Assembly (NCBI GenBank): GCA_045613765.1
Contig: JAZLBO010000020.1
Span: 5,193-69,192 of the forward strand
Length of the DNA: 64,000 bases
Reading direction: 5' to 3'
Origin: Clostridia bacterium
GTDB taxonomy: Bacteria > Bacillota > Clostridia > Christensenellales > CAG-917
Shown here: one piece after another, positions 46,418 through 55,554 of the stretch
Position numbering within the stretch: the first letter of the stretch is position 1
How the letters are laid out: every line of letters starts with the position of its first letter
The notes under the pieces: generated by a model
What the model was told of the DNA's origin: nothing
Seen by the model: the letters and a program-made list of their open reading frames with translations, nothing else
The model's database searches: none
Position numbers and translations under genes: made by a program

Positions 46418-48430
46418 CTATTTCTTCTGCTCTTTCTTCTTGAGTACGGCAAAGACGATTGAAAGCACAATGACACCTATGACTGCATAGGCGACGTAGA
46501 ACGCAATTATGACAATCCAGATATATTCTGTGGCAACGGCAATGCCAGCAAAAGCAAGCGCATAGATGACAAAGAGCACGAGCCACGCATCTGAGGATTC
46601 ACTTTCGTATTCTACCACTTTATAGTCAATTACTTCTTCGCCGTTGACCTTGACCGTAATTATATAGGGTATATTCTCTGCGCCATCTTCCACTGCAAAA
46701 TCAAAATTGTTGCCAGTGTGTGCCAACTGACCGTTGACATACCACTCTATTGATTGGATTGTAATTGAGGGGTCAAGATAATCCGATCTAATGCTATAGG
46801 TATAACTGTAGGTATCATTTTCTTTGACGAATATGCAAAGGTCTTCAATTTGTTGATAGACAACATTGAATACGATAGGTTCTTCTGCAACCATATATTC
46901 GTTGCCTGCCTTGTCATAAATCGCCCATGTAATTTGATATTCGCCTACTTCTTCGGGCACTTCAAAGTGCGCATACCAACCCTCTGCAAAAAGATATTCT
47001 TCTCCGTTAAAGACATACCACCATTTTACATCATAATCGTATTTCATTGTTGAAGGTGTAGGCATTGCATACAATGTGATTTCACTATCTTTGCCTACAA
47101 TGTAAGATTCTTGAGCGTCGCTGAGAATATCAACGCTTTCTTCTGCGCCAACAACGGAATTGATAAACACAACGTCGCCGTAGAAGTTGTAGGAAAGAAT
47201 ATCAGTGAGATTGAGCATTGGATATTGCTCGTACTCCAAACGGGAATTAGAGCCGTTTCGAGCGCCGTAGGGGATCATTGCACGGATTATGTCGGGTGTC
47301 AGTTCAACGTCCAATCCATAGTTGTTGTAGCCCCTAAATCTAAAGTATGCCAGAGCACTTGCAAAGGCAGTGATGGGTGTTGCCATACTTGTGCCTGTGA
47401 GCGTGCCGTATTCATCTCCGTTGATTGAAGATATTATATCTGTGCCGGGTGCTGCAATGTCATACCAAATGCCGTAGGTGGAACTGTCTGCCAAGACGGC
47501 TTTGCCGTTGCTTGTCATTTCATAGTTCATTACACCAAGGACGTTTGAGTGGGCTGCAGGATAGCCGTCGGTGTTTTTGCCTTGGTTTCCTGCTGCTGCA
47601 ACCAAAACCATATCGTCTGCTCTGTCAAAGTCATAAGATGTTTTATTGCTTGAGGTTGCAGTGAGTGAAAGGTTGACAACATCTGCGCCATTTTCATAGG
47701 CAAATTCCAATGCACTTTCAATGTTTGAACTATTGTAGCTGGCAAGGTATTCCCCGCTTTTTTTGTTGGAAAGGGTTGTGTTTGCCTTTATCGGCAAAAT
47801 CTTGATGTAGTCTTCAAGTCCAAGTTGGTGGATGAGAAGTGCCACAATGCCTGTGACGTGTGTGCCGTGATCGTTGGACGTGTTGTCAACAAGGTCAAGG
47901 GCAATGTTGCCACTGTCTGTCACTGCAGTGATTGTTTTGTCTATGAGATTAGTGTCAATCTTCACTTTGTCGGCAAAGTTTTTGTAGATATAATTGCCGT
48001 CGCCGTCCTTCAAAAGCACGTCATCAAAGATTTCGTGGAGTTTGTAGGATACACCACTGTCATAGACGTTTTCGGGGTTTACTGCCACTTCCGTTGAGAC
48101 ACTTGTCTTGTAGGCATATCCTATGCCACTGTCAATGACTGCAATTACAATGGGATCGTTTTTTAAGGTTTCTTTGTCAAAATCTGGGTCACTCAAGAAA
48201 TCTTGTACAAATGCAAGCGCACCATCAAGATTGAGATAAGTTTCGCCAAAATACCAATCTTTGTTGTCCGTTGATGGCAATGAGTTGATATGCTCGGTGT
48301 AGCCATCTTGCCAATCTGCGTAGGCAACCCCAGATGGTGCAAAAATAAATGAGCACAACAAAAGAAGGACAAATGTAATTGTTGCCAAGGACAAAATGTC
48401 GTTTCTCTTTGCTATGCTCAAATTTTTCAT
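46418..48430 (-). CDS. Membrane-anchored S8 (subtilisin-family) serine peptidase with Ig-like repeats
   Basis: 670 aa. Signal peptide, canonical triad motifs (VIDSGIG, DHGTHVTG, GTSMATP), two Ig-like modules of about 90 aa, and C-terminal TM helices with a KKKEQKK tail. Confidence 0.85.
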   Translation of the reverse strand: MKNLSIAKRNDILSLATITFVLLLLCSFIFAPSGVAYADWQDGYTEHINSLPSTDNKDWYFGETYLNLDGALAFVQDFLSDPDFDKETLKNDPIVIAVIDSGIGYAYKTSVSTEVAVNPENVYDSGVSYKLHEIFDDVLLKDGDGNYIYKNFADKVKIDTNLIDKTITAVTDSGNIALDLVDNTSNDHGTHVTGIVALLIHQLGLEDYIKILPIKANTTLSNKKSGEYLASYNSSNIESALEFAYENGADVVNLSLTATSSNKTSYDFDRADDMVLVAAAGNQGKNTDGYPAAHSNVLGVMNYEMTSNGKAVLADSSTYGIWYDIAAPGTDIISSINGDEYGTLTGTSMATPITAFASALAYFRFRGYNNYGLDVELTPDIIRAMIPYGARNGSNSRLEYEQYPMLNLTDILSYNFYGDVVFINSVVGAEESVDILSDAQESYIVGKDSEITLYAMPTPSTMKYDYDVKWWYVFNGEEYLFAEGWYAHFEVPEEVGEYQITWAIYDKAGNEYMVAEEPIVFNVVYQQIEDLCIFVKENDTYSYTYSIRSDYLDPSITIQSIEWYVNGQLAHTGNNFDFAVEDGAENIPYIITVKVNGEEVIDYKVVEYESESSDAWLVLFVIYALAFAGIAVATEYIWIVIIAFYVAYAVIGVIVLSIVFAVLKKKEQKK

Positions 48431-48492
48431 ACTATACCTTTATGATTTGTTTTTAGATGATACAAGTATTGTTTTTGTGATTATGTGACCAA

Positions 48493-51400
48493 TTAGACAA
48501 TCTTACGCTTTTTCTTCAAAAGCAATGCAAGTGCCCATGCTCCAAAGCCCAAGGTTGAACTGCCAAGGACTGATGATGTTGCAATAAGTGCCGTCTTTGC
48601 ACCATTGTCATCATTTTCATCCACAGTGGGTGTTTGTTCTTCTTGAGTGGGAGGTGTTGTGGGTTCACCTTCGGTGACAGGAGGTGTGGGTGTTGTGTCT
48701 TCAACCGTGTGAGTTGCCACTTGTCTTTCTTGTCCGTCCACAACAACTGTGATGACGTATTCGCCGGGCATGATCAACGTGCAAGTGTAATCTGCGCCAG
48801 TTGCCACCAATATGCCGTTGAGATACCACTCTATTCCATCCACAACCGTGGGATCAAGGAGATTTTCGGGTATTGCATAGTGGACTGCTTTGTCGAAGGT
48901 TTCAACGACTTCAACGTCCACGTCTTCGGGTGCATAGTAGATCACTGCAAAGGTAAGTGCGTTGGTGCTTTGTGCGTATCTCACGCCGTCTTTGCCAACG
49001 TATGCACACTTGACAACGTAGTTGCCTACTGCGCCGGGGATTGCAAACTCAACCGTTGCGCCTGTGCCAATGATTGTTTCCTTGCCACCGACTTCGTACC
49101 ACCATGTGAGTGCGTCTTCTGTCTTGTAGTTTGAAGGATTGGTTGTTGCAGTGAGTGTGACAACTGTTGTTGTGTCGATCATATATTCATTGTCAATGAT
49201 GGTGTTGATCGTTGTGCTCTTGGGGCTATAATCCAAGACGTCAATTGACAATGTGTTTGAATTTGAAAGGGTTATATTGCCTTCGCTGTCCTTGAGTACG
49301 CAGTAGATTGTGTATGTGCCGGGCTCGGTGGGGAGAACGAAGTCAAGGGTTGCGCCTGTGCCAACTTCTGTTGTGGTTGTGCCAACTTTACACATCCACA
49401 CAAGAGTGTCGTCGGTGACTGCGTTTGTGGGATTTATGGTTGCAGTAAACGTTACTGACACACCATTGTGGTCCACCACAGAAACTGCAATGCTTTCAGG
49501 CACGTAGTTTGTCACTGCAAATGAGATTGTATCGGTTGAAACCAGTGTCTTGACACCACTTGCATTTACAAGTGCGCAATAGATTGTGTATTCGCCTATA
49601 GCATTGGGAATTGCAAACTCAACTGTCCAACCACTGCCGATTTCAAAGGTGTATTTGCCGTCTATGACGCCCCACCAATAGGGTGTGTCTGCCGTGTATT
49701 CGTCTGCGCCGATTGTTGCACTCAAAGTGACAACTGCATTGGTTTCAACTTTGTATTCACTTTCAACGCTTGCAACAACACTCAATGCATCGACTTTTGC
49801 GTATGCAGTCAAAAGGATTGTGTCATTGCCTTGGATATACAAGCCACTTTCATTGTTTGAGAGTGTGCAATAGATTTCGTATTCCCCTGCTTGATTGGGA
49901 ATTGTGAAATTGATATTCCAACCGTAGCCAATTGCGTTTGCTTTGCCGTCAAGTTGATACCACCAATAAGGTTGTTCATCTTGGAACAATCCGTTGGTTG
50001 CGATGGTTGCATTCAAGGATATTGTGTCGCCAAGATAGTGAATTGACTCTGCATTTGATGTGACGTCAATCACCGTTGAAACACCTATCAATTCAAGGAA
50101 ATCTTGATCGCCGTAGAAATCGTAAGTCAAGACGTTCTTGAAATCGAGAGCAGGATATGAGTATGTGACGTTGCCATCTTTCTTCGTTGCCACTTGATCG
50201 GAGCAATAAGGAATCATATTCTTGATGACGTCGGGCGTAAGTTCAATATCTACACCATAGTTGTCATATCCCCTATATCTAATCACTGCAAGTGCACTTG
50301 CAAATGCTGCGACGGGGGTTGAAGAACTTGTGCCACCCATAACCTTATATGAGTAGATTGAATCCAAGGTTGCGCCATAACAAGGAATGACAAGATTTTC
50401 GCCGGGAGCAGCGATGTCATACCATTCTCCGTAGGTTGAACCTGCAGTTCCATCGTACAAAACGAGATTGCCATTGCCGTCCTTCACGTAGTTCATTACG
50501 CCAAGCACGTTGTCAAAGCCTGAAGGATATCTGTGTTCAATTTGGTTTGTGTTTCCTGCAGCGCCAACAATAAGGATTTCATCTGCCAATTTTTTGTACA
50601 ATTGACTGTCTGCGGTGCCATAGGATGCGTTAACGATGTCTGCTCCGTTGTCATACGCCCATTGCAATGCCTCTTCCAATATTTTGGCTGAAAAGCCACG
50701 TTGGAAAACTCCTTTGTCATCCATCCAGAAGGAATCTCCCGCCTTGATGGGCATAATCTTCACGTAGTCTTCAACGCCAAATTGATGGATGAGATATGCA
50801 ATTATGCCACCAACGGCAACACCATGGTCGTCAAAAGATACAAGGTCGTGGGCGATGTCGCCATTGTTTTCCCACGTGTAATTAATGACCGTGCCATCTC
50901 TTCTGTCGGTGTAAACGATGTCCGTTGCAAGGTTTGCATATACGCAGTTGCCATTGGCATCGGTCAAAATGACGTCTTCAAAGATGGGGTGCATTCTAAA
51001 CGCCGTGTTGGGATTTTTTTCTATAATGGTGTGTCCAAAGCCGACTTCTTCTACAAGGTAGCCGTATTCATCGGTTGAAAATGCAACACTAAATCCGGGC
51101 TCAATGACTGCGATGACAATGGGGTCTGCCATAAGTGATGCCTTGTCAAAATTTGGATCACTCAACATGGTTTGCAATTCTACAATTGCATTGTAGATGT
51201 CAAGATATTGTTCATCAAAATACCAGTCTGCATCTGCTCCACCATTGGCGTTTGCATACGTGTCAAGATAATTTTGATAGTCTTCTTCCCAGTCGTACAC
51301 ACTTTCAGCAACGTTGAAAGCGACACTGTTGCTTTGAAGGATAATGTTGTCATTGTCATCAAAGATGACACAATAGACTGTATATCTGCCAACAACGTGA

Positions 51401-54400
51401 GGGATTGAGATTGTGACACTTGCTCCATCTCCAAATTCAACCACGTTTCCGTCAAGTTCATAGCACCAGACAATAGTGCCATCAAACACTGCATTTGTAG
51501 GGTTGACGGTTGCACTGAAAGTTGCATTGTAACTCTTGTCAACTCTATATTCGCCCGTGACATTTGAAGTGAGGGTTATACTTTCGGGGGCATAGTTGCT
51601 CACCACAAATGAGATTGCATCTGTTGAAACAAGTGTCTTGTTGCCTTGATTATCAACCAATGCACAATAGACTGTGTATTCGCCTGCAACATTGGGGATT
51701 GAGAATTCAACTGTTGCGCCTGTGCCGATTGTTGTTGCAATACCACCGAGTTCATACCACCATGTGAGTGTATCTTCGGTCACTGCCAAGGTGGGATTGA
51801 TTGTTGCAGAGAGTGTGACGACTTCGGCTGTGTCAACTTTGTATTCACTTTCAATGTCTGCACTGACTGAAATGCTTTCGGGGGCATAGTTTGTCACTGT
51901 AAAATCAATGGGATTGCTTGAAAGCAAGTAGTATGCGCCATCCGAGTTTCTATAACCACAATTGATTCTATATGTGCCAACTTCTTGAGGAACTTGAAGT
52001 TCTGCAGTAAAGCCTGTTGTGATGAAATGATACTTGTTGCCCTCGGACAAATAGAACCAAGCAAACTCGCCATCTGTATATGAATTTGCAGGAGAAACCA
52101 CTGCACTAAGCATAATCTTGTCTGTGGTGTCAACCTTGTATTCGCCCTTTGCATTTGAATAGATGGTTATGCGTTGAGGCTCATAGTAGGACACTGTAAA
52201 TGCAAGAGTATCCGTGCTTTGTGCATACATGACACCATTTTCATCAACGAGTGCACAGAAAATTTGATAACTGCCTGCTGTTGTGGGGATTTGATAGTCA
52301 ACCGACCAACCACTGCCGATTTCAAAGGTGTATTTGCCGTCCACAACGCCCCACCAATAGGGTGTATCTTCCGTATATTCGTCTGCGCCGATTGTTGCAG
52401 TGAACGTGACTGACTTGCCACTGTCAACCTTGTAATTTGCTTGCAAATTGCTGGTTACTGTGACTTTTTCAGGCAAAGGAAGTGTTGCTTTGGGCACTGA
52501 GAATTCAATGAGTTCTGCACTTCTCCTCAAATCGTATGCACTGCCTTTCCAAACGGTCAAGACGTAATAAATGTCGTAGTCGCCTTCTTCGGGAATGACG
52601 AAATTGATTTCGTTGCCTGTGCCTATGGTATATTCTATACCGTCAAGTCTATAATACCAAGTCGCATTGTCGATGCTGTCGTACTTGCCGTCTTCAACTA
52701 TTGCCATGGCACGGAGTAAGATTGTATTGCCCACTTCTTCCACGTCTTTTGCGTTGGAAAGTGCGCCAAAGTATCCACTTGCATGAATACCAACACTATT
52801 CATAAATTCGCCGTCTTTCAAGAACTCGTACGTCAAGACTGCGTTGAAATCAAGGGCAGGATATTCATACACTACTCCGTTGCCAACGTCCTTTGTTGCC
52901 ACCTTGTCGGTGCAATAAGGAATCATTTCTCTTGCAATTCTGGGAGTGATTTCAATGCCTGTGCCGTAACTGTTGTAGCCTCTATATCTAAACAGTGCGA
53001 GTGCGCTTGCAAATGATGCAACAGGGGCTGCTGCACTTGCGCCATGCATTTGCTTATATGACGCTGTATAACTTATGTGATTGCCGTAGCAAGGTGTAAC
53101 CAAGTCTTCGCCGGGGGTGGCAACGTCATACCACTCGCCATAATTTGAACCAGTATTGCTATTGGATGCGTCACCATAAAGGACAACGTTGCCGTCTTTA
53201 TCTCTTGAATAGTCCATGACACCCAAGACGTTTTCAAAGCCTGCGGGATAATGTTGGGCCATTTCGTTGTCGTTGCCTGCTGCACCGACAACAATGATAC
53301 TATCACCGTATGCACCATACAAATTGTTGTCGGCACTGCCACCAAAGGATGCATTGACGATATCTGCACCCGCTTCCTTTGCATACCTAACTGCATCATT
53401 CATGGTGTTCATATCGTATCTTGTTACGATTTGATTATTCTCGTTTCTTACGTATGCACTGTCGGCTTTGATGGGCAAGATTTTGATGTAATCTTCAAGA
53501 CCAAATTGATGTATCAAATATGCCATAACACCGGTGACACCTATGCCGTGATCGTCAACACTGACCATATCTTTGGCGATATCGCCCGTGTTGTTCCAGT
53601 AGTATGTGACCAAACTGGGATTGGGATCTGTTCCAGTCTTTTTTGGTTGATATTTAAATGTAGGTGTTGACAAATAATACACGTAGTCGCCATTTTCATC
53701 TTTTAAAAGGACGTCTTCAAAGATGGGATGGAGAACGTATTCCACTTCAACGGGGTTGATGAACATAGCAGTCAACCCTGCTCTACTGCCACTTGATTTG
53801 ATATAGCCGGAACTGATGCCCGTTTCAATTGATGCAATGATGATGGGATCTTCCTTCAATGCATCACGATCAAAGATACTATCGTTAAGCATATTTTGAA
53901 CTTCTACAATTGCATTGTAGAGATCAAGATATTGCTCATCATAATACCAGTCATCTCTTATATCGTCAGTGAAGTCATCATAGATTTCTTGCCAATCACG
54001 GCCCCATTCCACAACCCTAAATGTAAGGGCTTCTTCTGCTTTTTGCGTGCTGCCGTCATAGAGTGTTGCATAAATGACGTAGTCGCCTGCCATTTTGGGA
54101 ACTGTCATACCAAAGTCCCAACCGCTGACGGATTCAATCAAAATTCCGTTGACATAACATTCCCACTGAACGGTGCAATCTGCAAGACTTTGATCGGTGA
54201 CGTGTGCTTTGACACTAATTTCATCGCCAACTTGCATTTCGCTTTCTACGTTGGTTGTAAGTTTGAGCGTTGTGCCGTATGTAACCTCTGCACTTGCAGG
54301 GTTTGAAACAGGAGCAAATACAACTGCAAAAGTTGTCAAAAGCAAAGCAACAGCAACTATAAATATGGTTGCTGTCCAAATTCTGTTAAGTTTCGTGGTG

Positions 54401-54408
54401 TTTGTCAT
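48493..54408 (-). CDS. Giant surface protein with two subtilase-like domains (Glu at the Asp position) and about 11 Ig-like repeats, C-terminally membrane anchored
   Basis: 1971 aa. Signal/TM at the N-terminus. S8-like domain 1 (SIETGIS, DDHGIGVTG, HGASAAAP) and domain 2 (VIEPGFS, DDHGVAVGG, GGTSSSTP). Repeated modules with the WW(Y/G)...G..IP...G.Y.IYC pattern. Pro/Thr linker, then a TM helix and a KKKRKIV tail. Confidence 0.85.
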   Translation of the reverse strand: MTNTTKLNRIWTATIFIVAVALLLTTFAVVFAPVSNPASAEVTYGTTLKLTTNVESEMQVGDEISVKAHVTDQSLADCTVQWECYVNGILIESVSGWDFGMTVPKMAGDYVIYATLYDGSTQKAEEALTFRVVEWGRDWQEIYDDFTDDIRDDWYYDEQYLDLYNAIVEVQNMLNDSIFDRDALKEDPIIIASIETGISSGYIKSSGSRAGLTAMFINPVEVEYVLHPIFEDVLLKDENGDYVYYLSTPTFKYQPKKTGTDPNPSLVTYYWNNTGDIAKDMVSVDDHGIGVTGVMAYLIHQFGLEDYIKILPIKADSAYVRNENNQIVTRYDMNTMNDAVRYAKEAGADIVNASFGGSADNNLYGAYGDSIIVVGAAGNDNEMAQHYPAGFENVLGVMDYSRDKDGNVVLYGDASNSNTGSNYGEWYDVATPGEDLVTPCYGNHISYTASYKQMHGASAAAPVASFASALALFRYRGYNSYGTGIEITPRIAREMIPYCTDKVATKDVGNGVVYEYPALDFNAVLTYEFLKDGEFMNSVGIHASGYFGALSNAKDVEEVGNTILLRAMAIVEDGKYDSIDNATWYYRLDGIEYTIGTGNEINFVIPEEGDYDIYYVLTVWKGSAYDLRRSAELIEFSVPKATLPLPEKVTVTSNLQANYKVDSGKSVTFTATIGADEYTEDTPYWWGVVDGKYTFEIGSGWSVDYQIPTTAGSYQIFCALVDENGVMYAQSTDTLAFTVSYYEPQRITIYSNAKGEYKVDTTDKIMLSAVVSPANSYTDGEFAWFYLSEGNKYHFITTGFTAELQVPQEVGTYRINCGYRNSDGAYYLLSSNPIDFTVTNYAPESISVSADIESEYKVDTAEVVTLSATINPTLAVTEDTLTWWYELGGIATTIGTGATVEFSIPNVAGEYTVYCALVDNQGNKTLVSTDAISFVVSNYAPESITLTSNVTGEYRVDKSYNATFSATVNPTNAVFDGTIVWCYELDGNVVEFGDGASVTISIPHVVGRYTVYCVIFDDNDNIILQSNSVAFNVAESVYDWEEDYQNYLDTYANANGGADADWYFDEQYLDIYNAIVELQTMLSDPNFDKASLMADPIVIAVIEPGFSVAFSTDEYGYLVEEVGFGHTIIEKNPNTAFRMHPIFEDVILTDANGNCVYANLATDIVYTDRRDGTVINYTWENNGDIAHDLVSFDDHGVAVGGIIAYLIHQFGVEDYVKIMPIKAGDSFWMDDKGVFQRGFSAKILEEALQWAYDNGADIVNASYGTADSQLYKKLADEILIVGAAGNTNQIEHRYPSGFDNVLGVMNYVKDGNGNLVLYDGTAGSTYGEWYDIAAPGENLVIPCYGATLDSIYSYKVMGGTSSSTPVAAFASALAVIRYRGYDNYGVDIELTPDVIKNMIPYCSDQVATKKDGNVTYSYPALDFKNVLTYDFYGDQDFLELIGVSTVIDVTSNAESIHYLGDTISLNATIATNGLFQDEQPYWWYQLDGKANAIGYGWNINFTIPNQAGEYEIYCTLSNNESGLYIQGNDTILLTAYAKVDALSVVASVESEYKVETNAVVTLSATIGADEYTADTPYWWGVIDGKYTFEIGSGWTVEFAIPNAIGEYTIYCALVNASGVKTLVSTDTISFAVTNYVPESIAVSVVDHNGVSVTFTATINPTNAVTDDTLVWMCKVGTTTTEVGTGATLDFVLPTEPGTYTIYCVLKDSEGNITLSNSNTLSIDVLDYSPKSTTINTIIDNEYMIDTTTVVTLTATTNPSNYKTEDALTWWYEVGGKETIIGTGATVEFAIPGAVGNYVVKCAYVGKDGVRYAQSTNALTFAVIYYAPEDVDVEVVETFDKAVHYAIPENLLDPTVVDGIEWYLNGILVATGADYTCTLIMPGEYVITVVVDGQERQVATHTVEDTTPTPPVTEGEPTTPPTQEEQTPTVDENDDNGAKTALIATSSVLGSSTLGFGAWALALLLKKKRKIV
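49627..49720 (-). repeat. Near-identical intragenic repeat (partner at 52306-52399)
   Basis: 94-nt stretches differing at 6 positions by my count. They encode the TPYWWGV.DGKYTFEIGSGW core of Ig-like units 3 and 8. Confidence 0.8.
52306..52399 (-). repeat. Near-identical intragenic repeat (partner at 49627-49720)
   Basis: See the partner entry. Confidence 0.8.
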
Positions 54409-54430
54409 AATTGCCTCGTCTTTGAGATGA

Positions 54431-55228
54431 TTATATCCACTTCACCGTTCCGTCAGTGGATATCGTACCCCATTTGCCGTCCTTCTTGACTTTTGCTTCT
54501 CCATTTTCAAAGGCTGTGGCTGCATCATATTCAAAGGGGATCACAAGTGTGTTTTCCTTGTTGATATAGCCAAACTTATCCCTTTTTGCAACTGCGGCAA
54601 GACCTTCAGAGAAACTCATTGCAGTTTCGTATTCAAAAGGTATGACAACGTTGTTGTCACTGTCAATGTACCCACACTTTTCATCAAGTTCTACTGATGC
54701 AAGTCCATCACGGAAGCAAAATACTTCATCATAGGTTGCAGGTATGACAGTTTTCATGCCATCATAGAAACCCCATTTGCCACCCTTTTGAATCTTGCGC
54801 CAATCGTTGACTGACAAAGGTTCATTGAGTTTTGCAGGCTTTTCAGGTTGCTCTTTTTGCACCTTTTCTTGCTTGCCCTTTTGTCCTTTGCCCTCTTGCT
54901 TTTCAACTTTGCGAGGCTCGTTTTTGGGTGCTTTGGGGACGGCAGGTCTAAATTCCATGCCCTGTGACTTCAATGCATCTTTGAGTTCAAAGAGCATCTT
55001 CTTGTTGAAGCCTTGCACCTTGAACATATCTCTTTCAGTGCGAATACAGACGTCGCCTGCAGTGTTGATCTTGTTTTTTGCAAGAAGTTCTGCAGTTTTG
55101 ACGCTCACGCCTATATTTTCAAGGACGAGATTCATCTTTTCTGCAGGATAAAGATTGCTTTGAGTTTCTGTGTTTTGTTGCTTTGAAACTGATTTGTTTC
55201 TGTTGTGATAATAAAATTTCTTTGCCAT
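54431..55228 (-). CDS. WG/KWG-repeat protein with an N-terminal RpoA-CTD-like helix-hairpin-helix segment
   Basis: 265 aa. Contains ELLAKNKINTAGDV...VQGFNKKMLFELKDAL (alpha-CTD-like) and a Lys/Glu-rich linker. The C-terminal repeats are GKWGFYDG, KCGYIDSDNNVVIPFEYE, KFGYINKENTLVIPFEYD and GKWGTIS. Confidence 0.7.
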   Translation of the reverse strand: MAKKFYYHNRNKSVSKQQNTETQSNLYPAEKMNLVLENIGVSVKTAELLAKNKINTAGDVCIRTERDMFKVQGFNKKMLFELKDALKSQGMEFRPAVPKAPKNEPRKVEKQEGKGQKGKQEKVQKEQPEKPAKLNEPLSVNDWRKIQKGGKWGFYDGMKTVIPATYDEVFCFRDGLASVELDEKCGYIDSDNNVVIPFEYETAMSFSEGLAAVAKRDKFGYINKENTLVIPFEYDAATAFENGEAKVKKDGKWGTISTDGTVKWI

Positions 55229-55360
55229 AGTTTTTTACCTTTTCTTTATACTAACATAATACATAGATATTTACAAGTATAAATAAAACTATATTCAACC
55301 AAAATTTTACATCTTTGACAGTTGCATCAGTCAAATGGCACAACAAATGATTGTAGAATA

Positions 55361-55449
55361 CATTATATCCCACTTTTTCTCTTGAAAAAATCACTGGACT
55401 GTAAAAATAGACCCATCTATTTTGCGCAAAAAGTAAAAATCGCAGGCAT
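55361..55449. repeat. Intergenic conserved module, copy B (paired with 32763-32850)
   Basis: Same ordered blocks and spacing as copy A. On the minus strand the ATTATA block reads as a TATAAT -10 box. Confidence 0.6.
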
Positions 55450-55519
55450 AACGTTCAACAACACACCTTTGCAAAATTTACACCAACAACCCCAACACCT
55501 TTCAACTATTTCTATTGTC

Positions 55520-55548
55520 TTGACTAAAACTGTCATTTTGTATATAAT
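55520..55548 (+). promoter_or_regulatory. Consensus sigma-A promoter abutting the start codon (probable leaderless mRNA)
   Basis: TTGACT (55520-55525), a 17-nt spacer and TATAAT (55543-55548). The first ATG at 55555 is 6 nt downstream of the -10 box, and no Shine-Dalgarno sequence is present. Confidence 0.6.
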
Positions 55549-55554
55549 TTGTGT

